Source: Eledone cirrhosa (taxonomy: Eukaryota). From it: 64,000 nt of DNA. The translations under genes were made by a program, and so were the position numbers. The notes below the pieces were generated by a model. That model was not told the DNA's origin. It saw only the letters and a program-made list of their open reading frames with translations, and did not search any database. Shown here one piece after another: positions 44,040-59,859 of this stretch. Each line of letters begins with the position of its first letter. Within the stretch, counting starts at the first letter, position 1. The DNA lies in assembly GCA_964016885.1 (NCBI GenBank), contig OZ024742.1:106454001-106518000 (forward strand), written 5' to 3'.

Positions 44040-45148
44040 AATTCCATATATGGTCAAAGTGATTGTCAAAAATCAGTAGTAATTCTGTGGTTGCAAATTA
44101 GTAGGGGAGATGGTGGCTAAACCTGCCAGTAGGAGAAAGAGGGGAGGGGGTGGAGTAGACCCAATCAAGCGTTGGTAGTGCCAGCTACAGCTGGGCATGA
44201 GGTCAAAGAAGATACAGGGGAGGGGGAGGGGGAGCAAGTCGGAACGGTAGGTAGAACAATGGGGGGTAGAAATATATAGGAAAGAAAAGAAAAAATACTG
44301 AGAGTGAAGAAAAGCAAATAAGTGTAAAGAAAAAAGTAAAGTAAATTAAATTCTACGACCTAGGTCTCAGGCTATTGTAAGGCTAGAATAAAATAAAGAA
44401 AGAAAGAAGTAAATAAATAAATAAATAAAGAAATAACGAAATAAGTAAAAGAACTAGGTGGGACGGTATAGGCAAGGACCCTTTTAAGAGGTATAAGTAC
44501 GTAAATGATACGGTGACGGGTCAACAAAAGGGGCCAAAATACTAAAGAGACTACCACGAAATAAACAATAAAGGTTTACATCCCGGACCCAGCAACGACC
44601 CAGTGCAGCAAAGTGAACTTGTACGAGATAATAATTCTGAGTCCCGAGAAAAATATATACTAATGCTAACTCTAAAAGATCTAAAACAAGCTACATGAAA
44701 GTTCGTACGAAATAAAGGTAGAATACGGAGAAATAAATTCAGAATCCATCCCGCCCAGAAGAAAAGCGAAGCAAGAAATACTGAAACGAAAAAATAAGGC
44801 ATAAGTGCCACTAAGAAATATAGAGGGCACAGAGAATAGTGGGAGCGGTCGGAAAAAGGGGGCAAGTATCCGGGGTCTAAGCCAACTGCTATAAAGGGCG
44901 GAGTCCGCCAAATCTATCATAGACTAGGGGAGGGGGTGGTGGGGGTACTAAGGCTACATGGGGTCAAAGGGCAGCCTCGGGTGGGCGAGAAAAGACGCCA
45001 ACAAAGGAGAAGAGCTGGGGTAGAAGGACTAAGGAGAGAGGGGGGAAGGAAATAAAGGAAGCGATAAAAGAATACAAAGAAGATCTTACGTCTTCCTTGG
45101 CAAGCAGGGGTTACCCATTGCAAAATCGGCAAGTGGGGTGTTATAGCC

Positions 45149-46378
45149 CTAGTCTACCCCCGGGTCGTTATGGGGTTTGAGGGCGAGGTAAGTCCTACGC
45201 AATCTATGTTTACATGCAGTGACCAGTTCATCTTTCTTGTTTAGGAGTTGGTCCGTCGAAAACAGCATTTGTAAAGTTTCCTCCGAGCATAAATTGCACG
45301 GACGGCGTCCTCCCGTGTAAGAATTGGCTCTGGACAGTAATCTCCAAGTGAGATCATAGGTGATGTTGTTGTCCTTGAGGTCCCATATGTGGCCCGAAAG
45401 TGTAGTGGCGTGACGCCGAGCCGGGTTTCGGAAGGTATGTCTATGTTGGTATAGCCGGGTCTTGAAGTCACATGCGGTAAGTCCTATATAGGCTTTGTTG
45501 GAGGTATCCGTCCTCACGTTGCACTGGTAGATCACATTACGGTCTCTGCATCTATTGTCGAGTGGGCAAATAGATCTATCCGGGCAGTTACACCTCCTGG
45601 TCGGTTCTCCACTGCTATTTAGGTTATTTCTGCCATCGGGGTTGAGTTTTTTGTTGTTAGAGGAGACGATGTTTTGTGCGAAGTTTGGTGTAGTGCTGTA
45701 AGAGAGTTTGATGGTATTTTTGTTAATTATGTTGTGGTAGCGGTGTTGTAATGGGAAGTGTTTTTCAATGAGCCTAAAGAATAGTTTCCCGATGGGAGTT
45801 GTCACCTCTGCGTTGTGGGGAGGATTGAACCATGTTACATTGTGTGAGCGGCGGTGTCTCCTGCTGGTTCCGCTAATGGGAGCTGGACAGTAGGATATTT
45901 CCTCCCGGAAACCACTCCGCTTGAGGGCCTGGTTGTAATAAGGCGCATGTTCATCGAATATCCGCTCATTAGCTGACAAACGGGATATGCGGAGGGAGAT
46001 GTTTTTGACCAGGTTGTTTGTGATGTTCCTAGGTTGGTTTGATCGGCGGTGGATGTAGTGCAGATTGTCATTAGGTTTCCTGTATGGGTAGTACAGGTCG
46101 TTTTCGAGGTCGAGGGTCACGTCCAGGAAGTTTACTCGGGTCAGGTACGTTTGTAGGGTTATTTTAAATCCTCAGTCGCGGAAGAATCTGATTAATTGTT
46201 TCCGGACCCGATCTGTACTACTGGGGTTGTACCCTTTAAGGGTAAGGAGCCCATCATCACGGTACAATCCACCACCGAATGCAGGAAACATATCAGTGAG
46301 TTTGGCTATTAGGAATAATCCTATAAGATCTGTGACCTCCGCCGAATCCGTGGCGCCCATGCTGACGTCGAAGGGTGA
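45149..46378 (-). CDS. PLE RT (C-terminal half) + Zn-linker + GIY-YIG endonuclease; one in-frame TGA at 46172-46174
   Basis: FDVSMGATDSAEVTDLIGLF, GGLYRDDGL, NFLDVTLDL, WFNPP, CNC..CPL..C, VIYQC..YIGLT..FKTR, PCNLC; ORFs 46172-46360 and 45149-46120 share one frame. Confidence 0.9.
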
Positions 46379-47754
46379 GTCACGCCACTACACTTTCGGG
46401 CCACATATGGGACCTCAAGGACAACAACATCACCTATGATCTCACTTGGAGATTACTGTCCAGAGCCAATTCTTACACGGGAGGACGCCGTCCGTGCAAT
46501 TTATGCTCGGAGGAAACTTTACAAATGCTGTTTTCGACGGACCAACTCCTAAACAAGAAAGATGAACTGGTCACTGCATGTAAACATAGATTGCGTAGGA
46601 CTTACCTCGCCCTCAAACCCCATAATGACCCGGGGGGTAGACTAGGGCTATAACACCCCACTTGCCGATTTTGCAATGGGTAACCCCTGCTTGCCAAGGA
46701 AGACGTAAGATCTTCTTTGTATTCTTTTATCGCTTCCTTTATTTCATTCCCCCCTCTCTCCTTAGTCCTTCTACCCCAGCTCTTCTCCTTTGTTGGCGTC
46801 TTTTCTCGCCCACCCGAGGCTGCCCTTTGGCCCCATGTAGCCTTAGTACCCCCACCACCCCCTCCCTTAGTCTATGATAGATTTGGCGGACTCCGCCCTT
46901 TATAGCAGTTGGCTTAGACCCCGGATACTTGCCCCCTTTTTCCGACCGCTCCCACTATTCTCTGTGCCCTCTATATTTCTTAGTGGCACTTATGCCTTAT
47001 TTTTTCGTTTCAGTATTTCTTGCTTCGCTTTTCTTCTGGGCGGGATGGATTCTGAATTTATTTCTCCGTATTCTACCTTTATTTCGTACGAACTTTCATG
47101 TAGCTTGTTTTAGATCTTTTAGAGTTAGCATTAGTATATATTTTTCTCGGGACTCAGAATTATTATCTCGTACAAGTTCACTTTGCTGCACTGGGTCGTT
47201 GCTGGGTCCGGGATGTAAACCTTTATTGTTTATTTCGTGGTAGTCTCTTTAGTATTTTGGCCCCTTTTGTTGACCCGTCACCGTATCATTTACGTACTTA
47301 TACCTCTTAAAAGGGTCCTTGCCTATACCGTCCCACCTAGTTCTTTTACTTATTTCGTTATTTCTTTATTTATTTATTTATTTACTTCTTTCTTTCTTTA
47401 TTTTATTCTAGCCTTACAATAGCCTGAGACCTAGGTCGTAGAATTTAATTTACTTTACTTTTTTCTTTACACTTATTTGCTTTTCTTCACTCTCAGTATT
47501 TTTTCTTTTCTTTCCTATATATTTCTACCCCCCATTGTTCTACCTACCGTTCCGACTTGCTCCCCCTCCCCCTCCCCTGTATCTTCTTTGACCTCATGCC
47601 CAGCTGTAGCTGGCACTACCAACGCTTGATTGGGTCTACTCCACCCCCTCCCCTCTTTCTCCTACTGGCAGGTTTAGCCACCATCTCCCCTACTAATTTG
47701 CAACCACAGAATTACTACTGATTTTTGACAATCACTTTGACCATATATGGAATT

Positions 47755-47848
47755 ACCCCTTGAGAAGATCGGCTATTTAAATACCAGGATAAATTTTCAT
47801 TTAGTCCAGAATTAGCCGTCGAAACGGCTTGAGCTCAGCTGTCGGGGT
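47755..47848 (+). ncRNA. Type I hammerhead ribozyme, U3-A8 core (predicted cleavage after C47843)
   Basis: ACCCC-TTGAGAA-GATCGGCTA...TAGCCGTC-GAAA-CGGCT TGAGCTC AGCTG-TC-GGGGT. Confidence 0.8.
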
Positions 47849-47939
47849 CTTACTGGTTCCTATTACCCACTCTACTACCTCAAGTATTGAGTACTTTGGT
47901 GCGTTATGGTCCACCTGGTTCCTTACCACATTTCCTTCG

Positions 47940-48007
<68 letters not shown>

Positions 48008-48191
48008 GTCCAGAGAAGTACGGAATACCTCGGCCTCGGGATGGTGTCTACATTTTGTGCTTATAAAAAAAATGTGTCGTACATTACCAGGGTTTTTTTC
48101 CGTGCGAAGAAAATCAATACTTTATCGCGAAATAAATACTTTTGTTTATATTTTGTTATTGTGTATGCACAAATATCTGTACACGAATATA

Positions 48192-48245
<54 letters not shown>

Positions 48246-48249
<4 letters not shown>

Positions 48250-49124
48250 ATTTTAGTATCGTGAGAGAGTAGAGGTTTACTTGTGCCTACAGGGTTAAAT
48301 ATCGGAAGCAGAGCGGTTACAAATGAAAGGATTACAAAGGAGAATATATACTGTTAGAACATGTTTATACAAAAGCACCTACGTACGTTTCTCCCGAAAA
48401 CGGCTTCTCAAGGGCATACAAATCTAGAGAATGTTCGGACGTGACCCAGGAGGGGTTTTAAGGTGATCATCACATCAAAGTTCATTCTTAGTTCAAACAG
48501 GCATGCTGTTATTGCCACAGAGCAAGGGGAGTAACTCTGGCCGGTGTAACTGGCCGAGAGTAACTTCAAGAGGAAATGCGAGCTCTGCTTCATGGAACTT
48601 TACCATATCGTAAGCGCACCCCTGGAGCTTATCAACAGCAGAGCAGAATCGGTGATAAACTGCAGACACAGAATACAGCAGTCTTTCTTTAGTTGGAACC
48701 CGGTTGAGACCTGAACACCATAAACTGGGTCCCCCTGCACCAAACCATAACGCGCAAATAAACATCTGTACAAATAAACATCTGTACACCAACTATGCTT
48801 CTCAGACACGGCCCGAGTGGACAATATTAAAGTAGCACCCATAAAATAGTAATGGAAAACAACCATCATGTGAACGGATAATTTGGGGACATTTATTCAA
48901 ACAGCGGCCAGAGTTACTCCCCTTACTCTGTGGCAATAACAGCATGCCTGTTTGAACTAAGAATGAACTTTGATGTGATAATCACCTTAAAACCCCTCCT
49001 GGGTCCCGTACCGAACACTCTCTAGATTTGTATGCCCTAAAGAAGCCCTTTTCGGGCGAAACGTACGTAGGTGCTTTTGGATAAACATGTTCTAACAGTA
49101 TATATTCTCCTTTGTAATCCTTTC

Positions 49125-49128
<4 letters not shown>
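48246..49128. mobile_element. Fold-back PLE derivative (arms 48321-48543 / 48905-49128) with degenerate U3-A8 hammerheads at 48375-48415(-) and 49034-49074(+)
   Basis: Inverted arms; consensus GCCC-TTGAGAA-GCCC TTTTC GGGC-GAAA-CGTACG-TA-GGTGC. Confidence 0.7.
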
Positions 49129-49197
<69 letters not shown>

Positions 49198-49370
49198 TAA
49201 CAGATTAAAGTTTAAGCAAGAATCGCTGCTTTCACCCTTAACGGGATCTTCTGAAACTAAAATTAAAAAATCAATCTGTGAACGCAGATGTAAATATTTC
49301 GAAAAACGTTGCAACCGAAGGAAAATCAGGGAGACGATACTTTGGTTCGTGAAGATGTTCCCTGGCATAA

Positions 49371-49426
<56 letters not shown>

Positions 49427-49559
49427 TATATATACACGTATATATACACACACACACTCTTAATGACGTAATGCAGACAGTCAGGCATACAGACAGATAT
49501 TATAAGGGCGCGACGTTATATGTATGTATCTATCTAAAAAGAGAAAGACTAAGAATTAT

Positions 49560-49746
49560 AGAGAGAGATCGCTAAATCGCCTAATGCAGTGCCTAGGGCA
49601 TTGAAAACTTGACATTTTATTTGCTCAAAACACGCACGGGAATGTATTACATGTGTAAAGTTTGAAAAAACTCGGTTGGGTGGTTCTCGAATTTTAGTGA
49701 TTGGACAGACAGACAAACAGACATTCTCTGTTTTAGTAATATAGAT
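49560..49746 (-). mobile_element. Possible non-autonomous Helitron 5' end
   Basis: Minus strand TCTATATTACTAAAACAGAGAATGTCTGTTTGTCTGTCTGTCC: TC start plus (GTCT)n. Confidence 0.45.
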
Positions 49747-49755
49747 ATATATATG

Positions 49756-52673
<2,918 letters not shown>

Positions 52674-52674
52674 G

Positions 52675-52819
<145 letters not shown>

Positions 52820-52857
52820 ATATACATATATATGTATGTATATACATATATATATAC

Positions 52858-52917
<60 letters not shown>

Positions 52918-52920
<3 letters not shown>

Positions 52921-54257
52921 ATCAAAAGATGGTTAAAAGAGTTCCATGTATTTTATTATGCGCATTTCAAAAACAAATATCATCATGGGATGATATTTGC
53001 GTTCTCATCAGATAAAATAGGGAGACATGATATGAAGCTTAAAAAACACTTGCGAGCAGTGAAATGTTAAATCAGCATATGAAAAATAAAGTAAGATGGA
53101 TATATGAGATTGGGAAAAAAAAGGAGGAGGGGGAAGGAAAAGGTAAGGAAGAGGAAGAAAGAAAATAAAGGATGACGGGGGAGGAGTATAAGAAGGAAGG
53201 ATGAGAGAGGAGGAGAAATGAGTGAGAGAGAGAGAGAGATAGCCTTTAATATTGAGAAACTTTTTAAAAACCGTTGTAAGATAATACATAATTTAAAAAG
53301 AATTTTGAAATTAAAAGTTAATGAGGTTTATGAATGGTGATGTTTATCATTAAAGAAAAAGGAATTAAGAATAGTATTTATTTAAGGTTTATATATTGAA
53401 GGGTTTAATAATATGTGCGAAAAGGAGTTTATTAATATGTATTATTAAAATTAAAATATTAAGGATATAAGGTGAATGAAGAAGAGATTAAATGAATGAT
53501 GAACTTAGAGGAATTAGTTAGGGTTTAAGTTTGTTTTTATGTATTGTAATATGAAAAAGTAAATAATAGGTTTAATACGGGCACGGAAGGAGAGAAGAAA
53601 GAAGAAAATTTAAGGAAGAAAAAATATAACGTCAAAAAAATATATATATATGTTTACAAAATTTACTAATGGTAATATTAGTATATATTAATGATATAGT
53701 TTGTATGGCCAAGAATATAAGGAAAATGCTATAGTGAGTAATAATATGAATTAAGAAGTAATTGAGAAGTAAAAGTTACAGATTAAAGATTAGAAATTAA
53801 AAAAGAAAAAAGGAAGAAAGTAAAAAGGATAAAAAAGAAGAAAAATAGGCGACCGCTAACGACATAGAATGAGTAAATTGTATAATATAATATACTGAAA
53901 TAAGGTATAAAGATGGGTATATTTGTAAAAGATATAAAAGCGTTTGAGAAAAGAAGATTTTAAACTAATTAGGTATTGAGATATTAGCTGTATACTTTAT
54001 AGAAAGTTCTATGGGATTTATGCAAGCAGAGCGAAAATAAATCCGTACGTCTATTTATTATAGAATTAAAATTAGAGATAATGGTAACTTTCTCGGCTAG
54101 GCAAAGATTACATGTTCTGGATAGAGAAGAATTCCGGTAAGGAGAGGCGTTGCAAACCTTCCTCCTAGAGATGTTGTAGTTAATATTTTTGTCTTTTAAG
54201 GACCATATGAGTTCTGAGAGTGTCGTGTTAGTTCTTTTAAGTTGGTATTTAAAAGAT
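52918..54257 (-). mobile_element. PLE 3' fragment (GIY-YIG C-terminus + 3' region + hammerhead)
   Basis: TTLSELIWSLKDKNINYNI..TCNLCLAEKVTII..FSLCLHK; same terminus (..CTTTTGATCTT) as 36516. Confidence 0.85.
52949..53019 (-). ncRNA. Canonical-core minimal hammerhead ribozyme
   Basis: TATTTTAT-CTGATGA-GAACGCAAATATCATC..GATGATATTTGTTTTT-GAAA-TGCGCA-TA-ATAAAATA. Confidence 0.85.
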
Positions 54258-54307
54258 ATATATATATATATTATATATAATTATATATATATATATATAT
54301 ATATATA

Positions 54308-54463
54308 ACGGAAGAAATGTGGTAAGGAACCAGGTGGACCATAACGCACCAAAGTACTCAATACTTAGGGTAGTAGAGTGGGTAATAGGAACGAGTAGGA
54401 CCCCGACGGCTGAGCTCAAGCCGTCGAAACGGCTTGAGCTCAGCCGTCGGGGTCCTATTCGTT

Positions 54464-54468
<5 letters not shown>
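54308..54468. mobile_element. 160-bp fold-back remnant of the 43931-47941 PLE family
   Basis: Matches 47815-47941 in both orientations. Confidence 0.9.
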
Positions 54469-54509
<41 letters not shown>

Positions 54510-54872
54510 AGAGTATTGAAATTTGCTTGAAGCATTGTGGAACAATAAGTAGATATCTTTAAGTCGTTTGGAAGCCTCGACAAAGCAAATGGGTAAATCT
54601 CCGGGTAACAAGGTCCGGTGGTGGAGAGAGAGATGTAAGTGGGTGTACGTTGAGATGCGTGGTGTGTATAAGATGTGTGAGATGTGTAGAATGAAGGGAA
54701 GAGTATAAAAGATAAAAATAAAAATAACAACACAAGAGAGGGTTACCTTGGGAGAGATTTAATAGTCCCTATATATTTCGGATTCACATCCATCAACTGG
54801 GGTTTTTTCCGGGGTGGGGGAAAAGGTTGTCTGTCGGACAAGTCCGGAACGCGTCTTTCGCTGTTTGTTGTT

Positions 54873-54918
<46 letters not shown>

Positions 54919-55097
54919 GAGTTACGTTTACATAATTGTTTTATTACATAAAATATATTTCAATGACATGGTGGATACTAATGATACTATGCTTACAATA
55001 ATACCTAACCAGCAGTATATCAACATAACAGCATAACGACTTCCCGTATGCTGATATGCCGCTGGTTAGGTATTAACATTCTGGTGTAAAGCCAACG

Positions 55098-55192
<95 letters not shown>

Positions 55193-55229
55193 ATATTAAA
55201 TAATTGGAAACTATATTTATAAAACCATA

Positions 55230-55293
55230 TATTTTATTATATATATTTCAAGGGTACCAAGACAACATTGGTACGCTTTCATCAGATAAAATA
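55230..55293 (-). ncRNA. Canonical-core minimal hammerhead ribozyme
   Basis: TATTTTAT-CTGATGA-AAGCGTACCAA..TTGGTACCCTT-GAAA-TATATA-TA-ATAAAATA. Confidence 0.85.
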
Positions 55294-56226
55294 CAAATTT
55301 GTTTTATAAATAGAGACATACCCATGAAAATCATACCTTATCGGTTGGAAATTCACTGGATAGTGGAAATATATCAGGGATTATTCAAACTTATGTGTGA
55401 ATATGCAAATGAATATGTAAATAATTGAAAAACAACCGTTTATTTAAACGACACTGGAGAAACAGAGAGAGAAGATATAAGGGGAGAAAGATAAAAAATA
55501 GTACGAGAGAGAAGAAATAAAAAGAGAGGATGAATAAAACTCATATAACATTAATTTGGGGGAAATATATTCTAACTATATATCTTAATAGTACGTGTAT
55601 TTACGGTTATTAGTTATTTAAAATTCGTTTATAATATATTTTCTGTTATAAGTAGATAAATAAATAAATAAATAAATAGATGGGTATATCATGTTATAGA
55701 TAATTGTTTTAATGAGTTATGAGGGATATTGGTTTTGTATTTAATGTAAGTAAATATTAAGTTAAATTAAATGAAATTAATTGAGTTTTAAAATAGGAAG
55801 ATACGGAAAAACTCCAGTTTAATTTATTTATTCGTTAGTATGAGACTATTTAGTCAAAATAAGTATTACTGTTGAAAGATATATTTACCCAGAATCAGTT
55901 AGTGGTTATAAATCTAATAAAAAAAATATTGAAAAAATATTAAAAATTTGAGAAAATGTTTTTTAAAAATAATTTATAAAAGATAAGTAATTTTTAAAAG
56001 AAATAAAAATTAAAGAAATAAAAATAAAGAATTAAAAATTATTAAGATTAAAATTTAAATTTTAAAAAAATTTAGAATTATATATGTATATATTTTATGA
56101 AACTTTAAGAAGTGGAATTATAGCAAATGTTATAGATATTATGATTTAGAGATAACAATATATTAAAACCAAGTGGATAAGATTGTTATGGAAATAAGTA
56201 GAAATATTATAAGTATAATTATAATT

Positions 56227-58280
56227 TATATATAGTTCTGAATGTTAAATTCAGGCGATGTCTACAAGAATTAAATAAATTCGTTCTTAGATTAATAGAG
56301 TTCTTACATTTAAGTATGAAAAAGATTTCCTCAACACACAATTTGCAGAATCTAGATAAAGCTGTGTTTCAGTACGCGGGTGCTTTTGAAACTATTTCCC
56401 AAGTTAATGAATAGTCCATATTCTTGCATTTTAAGTTCCATATCAGGTTTGAAAGAGAAGTTGAAGATTTTTTATCAAATCTTCCGAAAGAGCATTCCAG
56501 CGACTTTTAAATTCTGTAGAAGTTGCACCTACATAATTAAATATATTATCACTGGTTTTGACTGTACATTTATAGATAACGTCCTTATCTAAACACTTAT
56601 TGTGTAAAGGACAGTTTGATTTAATTCTACAGTTACATTTTGCGAAGTTGTTGTTATTCAGAACGGTACTATTAGGTTGGATATTGCTAGAGATATTACA
56701 GCTATTTTGGTTATTTTGGTTAGGGTTTAAATTTCTATTATTAATTCTATTTATATTTTGTGCTATATTCATAGCAGTAGAGTAGGATAGTTTTATAGTA
56801 TGTCTGTTAAAGATTGAGTGGTATCTGTGGGCTTTAGGAAAACATTTATCTAGTGCTTTAAAGAATAACTTTGCTAAAGGTGTTTTTACGCTTAATGAGA
56901 ATGGGGGTGAGTACCAAATAATATTTCTAGTTCTATTTCTTCTGTTAGTTTTAGAGTTTAAGTTAAATTTGTTATTATAATTATAATTAATAGTAGGGTT
57001 ATTTGCCTTATTACTGTTGTCGATGTATTTAATCTCATTTATATAGCCTGCTCTATTTAAAGCATCATTATAATATTCTGCCTTATCGTCAAAAATGTTT
57101 TTATTGGCGGAGATGCGTGAAATACGTTGTTGGATAGAATTGACAATAGTGTTCTTGATAGATCTAGGATAATTAGAGTTAAAACTTACATAGTTTAGAT
57201 TCTCATTAATTTTATGGAATGGATAGTAAAGCCCTGTGTTAAGGTTTAATGTTACGTCTAAAAAGTTAACAATTTTATAGTTATTCTCTATTTCTAACTT
57301 AAGGTTGTAGCTATTGAAGAATTGTATTATGGATTTTCTTTTCCTATTAATTCCACAATTACTATGATTTTCAATTAAAAGCAGTATATCATCACGATAT
57401 AAACCACCGGTCATCTCTGGTATTTTTCTATGCAGTGTATTATTAATAAATAGCCCCACAAGATCCGTTATTTGCGCCGAGTCTGATGATCCCATGGTGA
57501 TATCAAAATTATTTTTTTCTATCGGCTCTAGTCCAGGGATGATTGTTGAATTCAATTAAAGTTTTCCGTGCAGTTAAATGATATGCATTTCTTCGCTAGA
57601 TAAATCTGTATGTTTAGATGCATAGATAAGAGCCCTATTAAGTAAACTAGGAGTAATAGAGGAGTAGTAGTTTGCAATATCCAATTGAATGAATTTTTTG
57701 TTATGTTTAAATGTTATGTTATTGAACCAATCTATAACCTCGTTAGTACCGTTCCATAGTTTTAGGTAATATATTTCTTTAAGTTGCGGTATGATTCAAT
57801 CTAATATATGTTTACTAACTATGCCTAAGTCTGATTTAGATGGTGCTATAAGTCTAACTGGTAGTTCTATTTCAAAGTTTCTTTTGTGGTCTTTCAGGTT
57901 AATTTTCGGTCTTCTAGGTATAAAGGGTTCGGTCCTATTTTCGATGCCTAATTTGTGAATTATTTCAGAAGCTTCTCTATTTACCATTTCAAGATCTTCA
58001 TTAGTTGTTATTTTGTAGTTTTTCCTTAGTTCTTTCAATATAAGGTTATTGTATTCGTCCTTTTGCATTCCGTATAGATTGTTAGTTTTGTCAGATTTTA
58101 CGAGGATTTTCTCAGTTTTTTCAAGATTGTCTATATTATTCTTAAAGCCTTTAAGGTATTCCTGGCCTGCAAATTGGTTTTTCTTAAATTTGAAGTTTTG
58201 TATAATCGATATTATTTCATTTTCAAATTCCATTAATAGTTTGTTGTTAGGTGGATTTTTCTTGGATTTGAAGATCATTT
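56227..58280 (-). pseudogene. PLE reverse transcriptase + GIY-YIG endonuclease, disrupted
   Basis: KSDKTNNLY, NLKDHK..VRLIAPSKSDLG, FIQLDIANYYSSI, FDITMGSSDSAQITDLVGLF, GLYRDD, WYSPP, VIYKC..YVG; stops and frameshifts at ~57797, ~57575-57520, ~56480. Confidence 0.92.
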
Positions 58281-58333
58281 ATTTGTTTTTTCATGATTTT
58301 CGAAATATATATAAGCATATATATCTCTCTCTA

Positions 58334-58448
58334 TCTAGGGCGGGTAAAATTCCCGAGATCCATGGACGAGTTCTCTCCAGCGGGCTCTGTCCCTCATTAT
58401 CGCTGCCATGTCCTGCATCTCCAACAGACCAGTGTCTGTCCTTAGGGC
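58334..58448 (-). mobile_element. RTE LINE 3' end, same family as 20930-21729
   Basis: Reverse complement closely matches 21615-21729. Confidence 0.9.
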
Positions 58449-58464
58449 ATATATATATATATAA

Positions 58465-58548
<84 letters not shown>

Positions 58549-58961
58549 TTATGGAAACGGGCTTTGAAATAGCAATATCGAAAACAAGTCCGTCGACATA
58601 TCCCTAGTTTTTATTGCCTAAGAAATCTACTACATAATAAATGTATAACCTAAGATGCTGTCTGGAGACGTCGCATCAGTAATTGCGTGGTGGCATCATT
58701 ATAAAGTTTAGAATGACAGTACTGAAATGCGTATTACAGCAAATTACGTAATAAAGAGAATTAAAGTAATCTTGCCTTCGTATTTTTTTTTATTATTACT
58801 GTACCTATACTCCGCCATGTACAACTCATGTAATACTACATCAGAGTTGGAAAGATACATACATTTGAGTGTTTTATCCTAATTAAACTACTATTTGACT
58901 GGAGTCATACAAATTGACTGGAGACATACCAATTAGTCAGCATTTTATAACACAAATATAT

Positions 58962-59052
<91 letters not shown>

Positions 59053-59859
59053 ATAATATATAGATATATAGATATAAAATCTCGACCGAGCTTGGCACCA
59101 CGGTTGAGATTTCACATATCTCTATACCCACTCTACACACACACACACACCCCACCCACCCCCCATGCATTGAACCGCAGATTATATACATATATAGAAG
59201 GCTCTTACAGAAAGCTTATCAGTTTGGTTCATACCATTTTTCAAAGAGTGATGAATTCTGAAATTACAATACATACAGTTGGTGAAAAATGAAATACACT
59301 TATATTTGGTTTACTTATATGATGATGAAGTAGGAGGCCCTTAATTGGGAAGTAAAAGAAGCAATAGTAAGAGTGGAACAGTTTCTGACCGTGTTAGGAA
59401 TTTATAAAGGAGATAGTGTGTCCTGGACGATTTCAGTAAGTTCAAAGTATCAGAATTTTATTCCTTTTACTACCAATCCACCCAAAACCGCTTCAAGCTC
59501 TATGAAACAAAACCACCTATTTTAAAGTGTTCCTATTTAAATTAAAACCTGGAAACATAGTTTTAAATAAGAACCTTTTTTTTTTAGTTATGTTACAAAT
59601 TCCATCTTAATCATGAAATAATCAATCCTTTCTGTAAGTCCTTCCGTATTCTCAATTAATTAATTCAAGTACAGAATAGAAATATGGTCACGAAGATATT
59701 GTGATTAAAAAAATGATGACGACATCTATAATATAAAAATCGAGGTAGGAATTTAATAATTGTTTCTACTTTTGGCACAAGGCCAGCAATTACCCCAGTG
59801 CATTACTGGTGCTTTATTTTATTGACCCAGTAAGGATGAATAGGCTAATTATGACAGTA

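Larger units (their letters stand above)
43931..47941. mobile_element. Young Naiad-type Penelope-like element, 5'-truncated, with a 1.48-kb inverted pLTR (43931-45414 / 46379-47863)
   Basis: Near-identical inverted arms; RT-GIY-YIG ORF; hammerheads at both outer ends; flanked by (TA)n. Confidence 0.93.
55188..58306 (-). mobile_element. Near-full-length Naiad-type PLE
   Basis: RT-GIY-YIG pseudo-ORF, ~1-kb AT-rich 3' region, terminal hammerhead, (TA)n flanks. Confidence 0.9.

Noticed and set aside
44372-45132. Short ORFs mirrored at 46662-47422
   Set aside because: Chance ORFs in the PLE 3' region, duplicated by the inverted repeat
57796-57798. TGA as selenocysteine in the 55-58 kb PLE (also the TGA near 56370)
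   Set aside because: Both fall at likely Arg positions (CGA>TGA decay) in a copy that also has frameshifts
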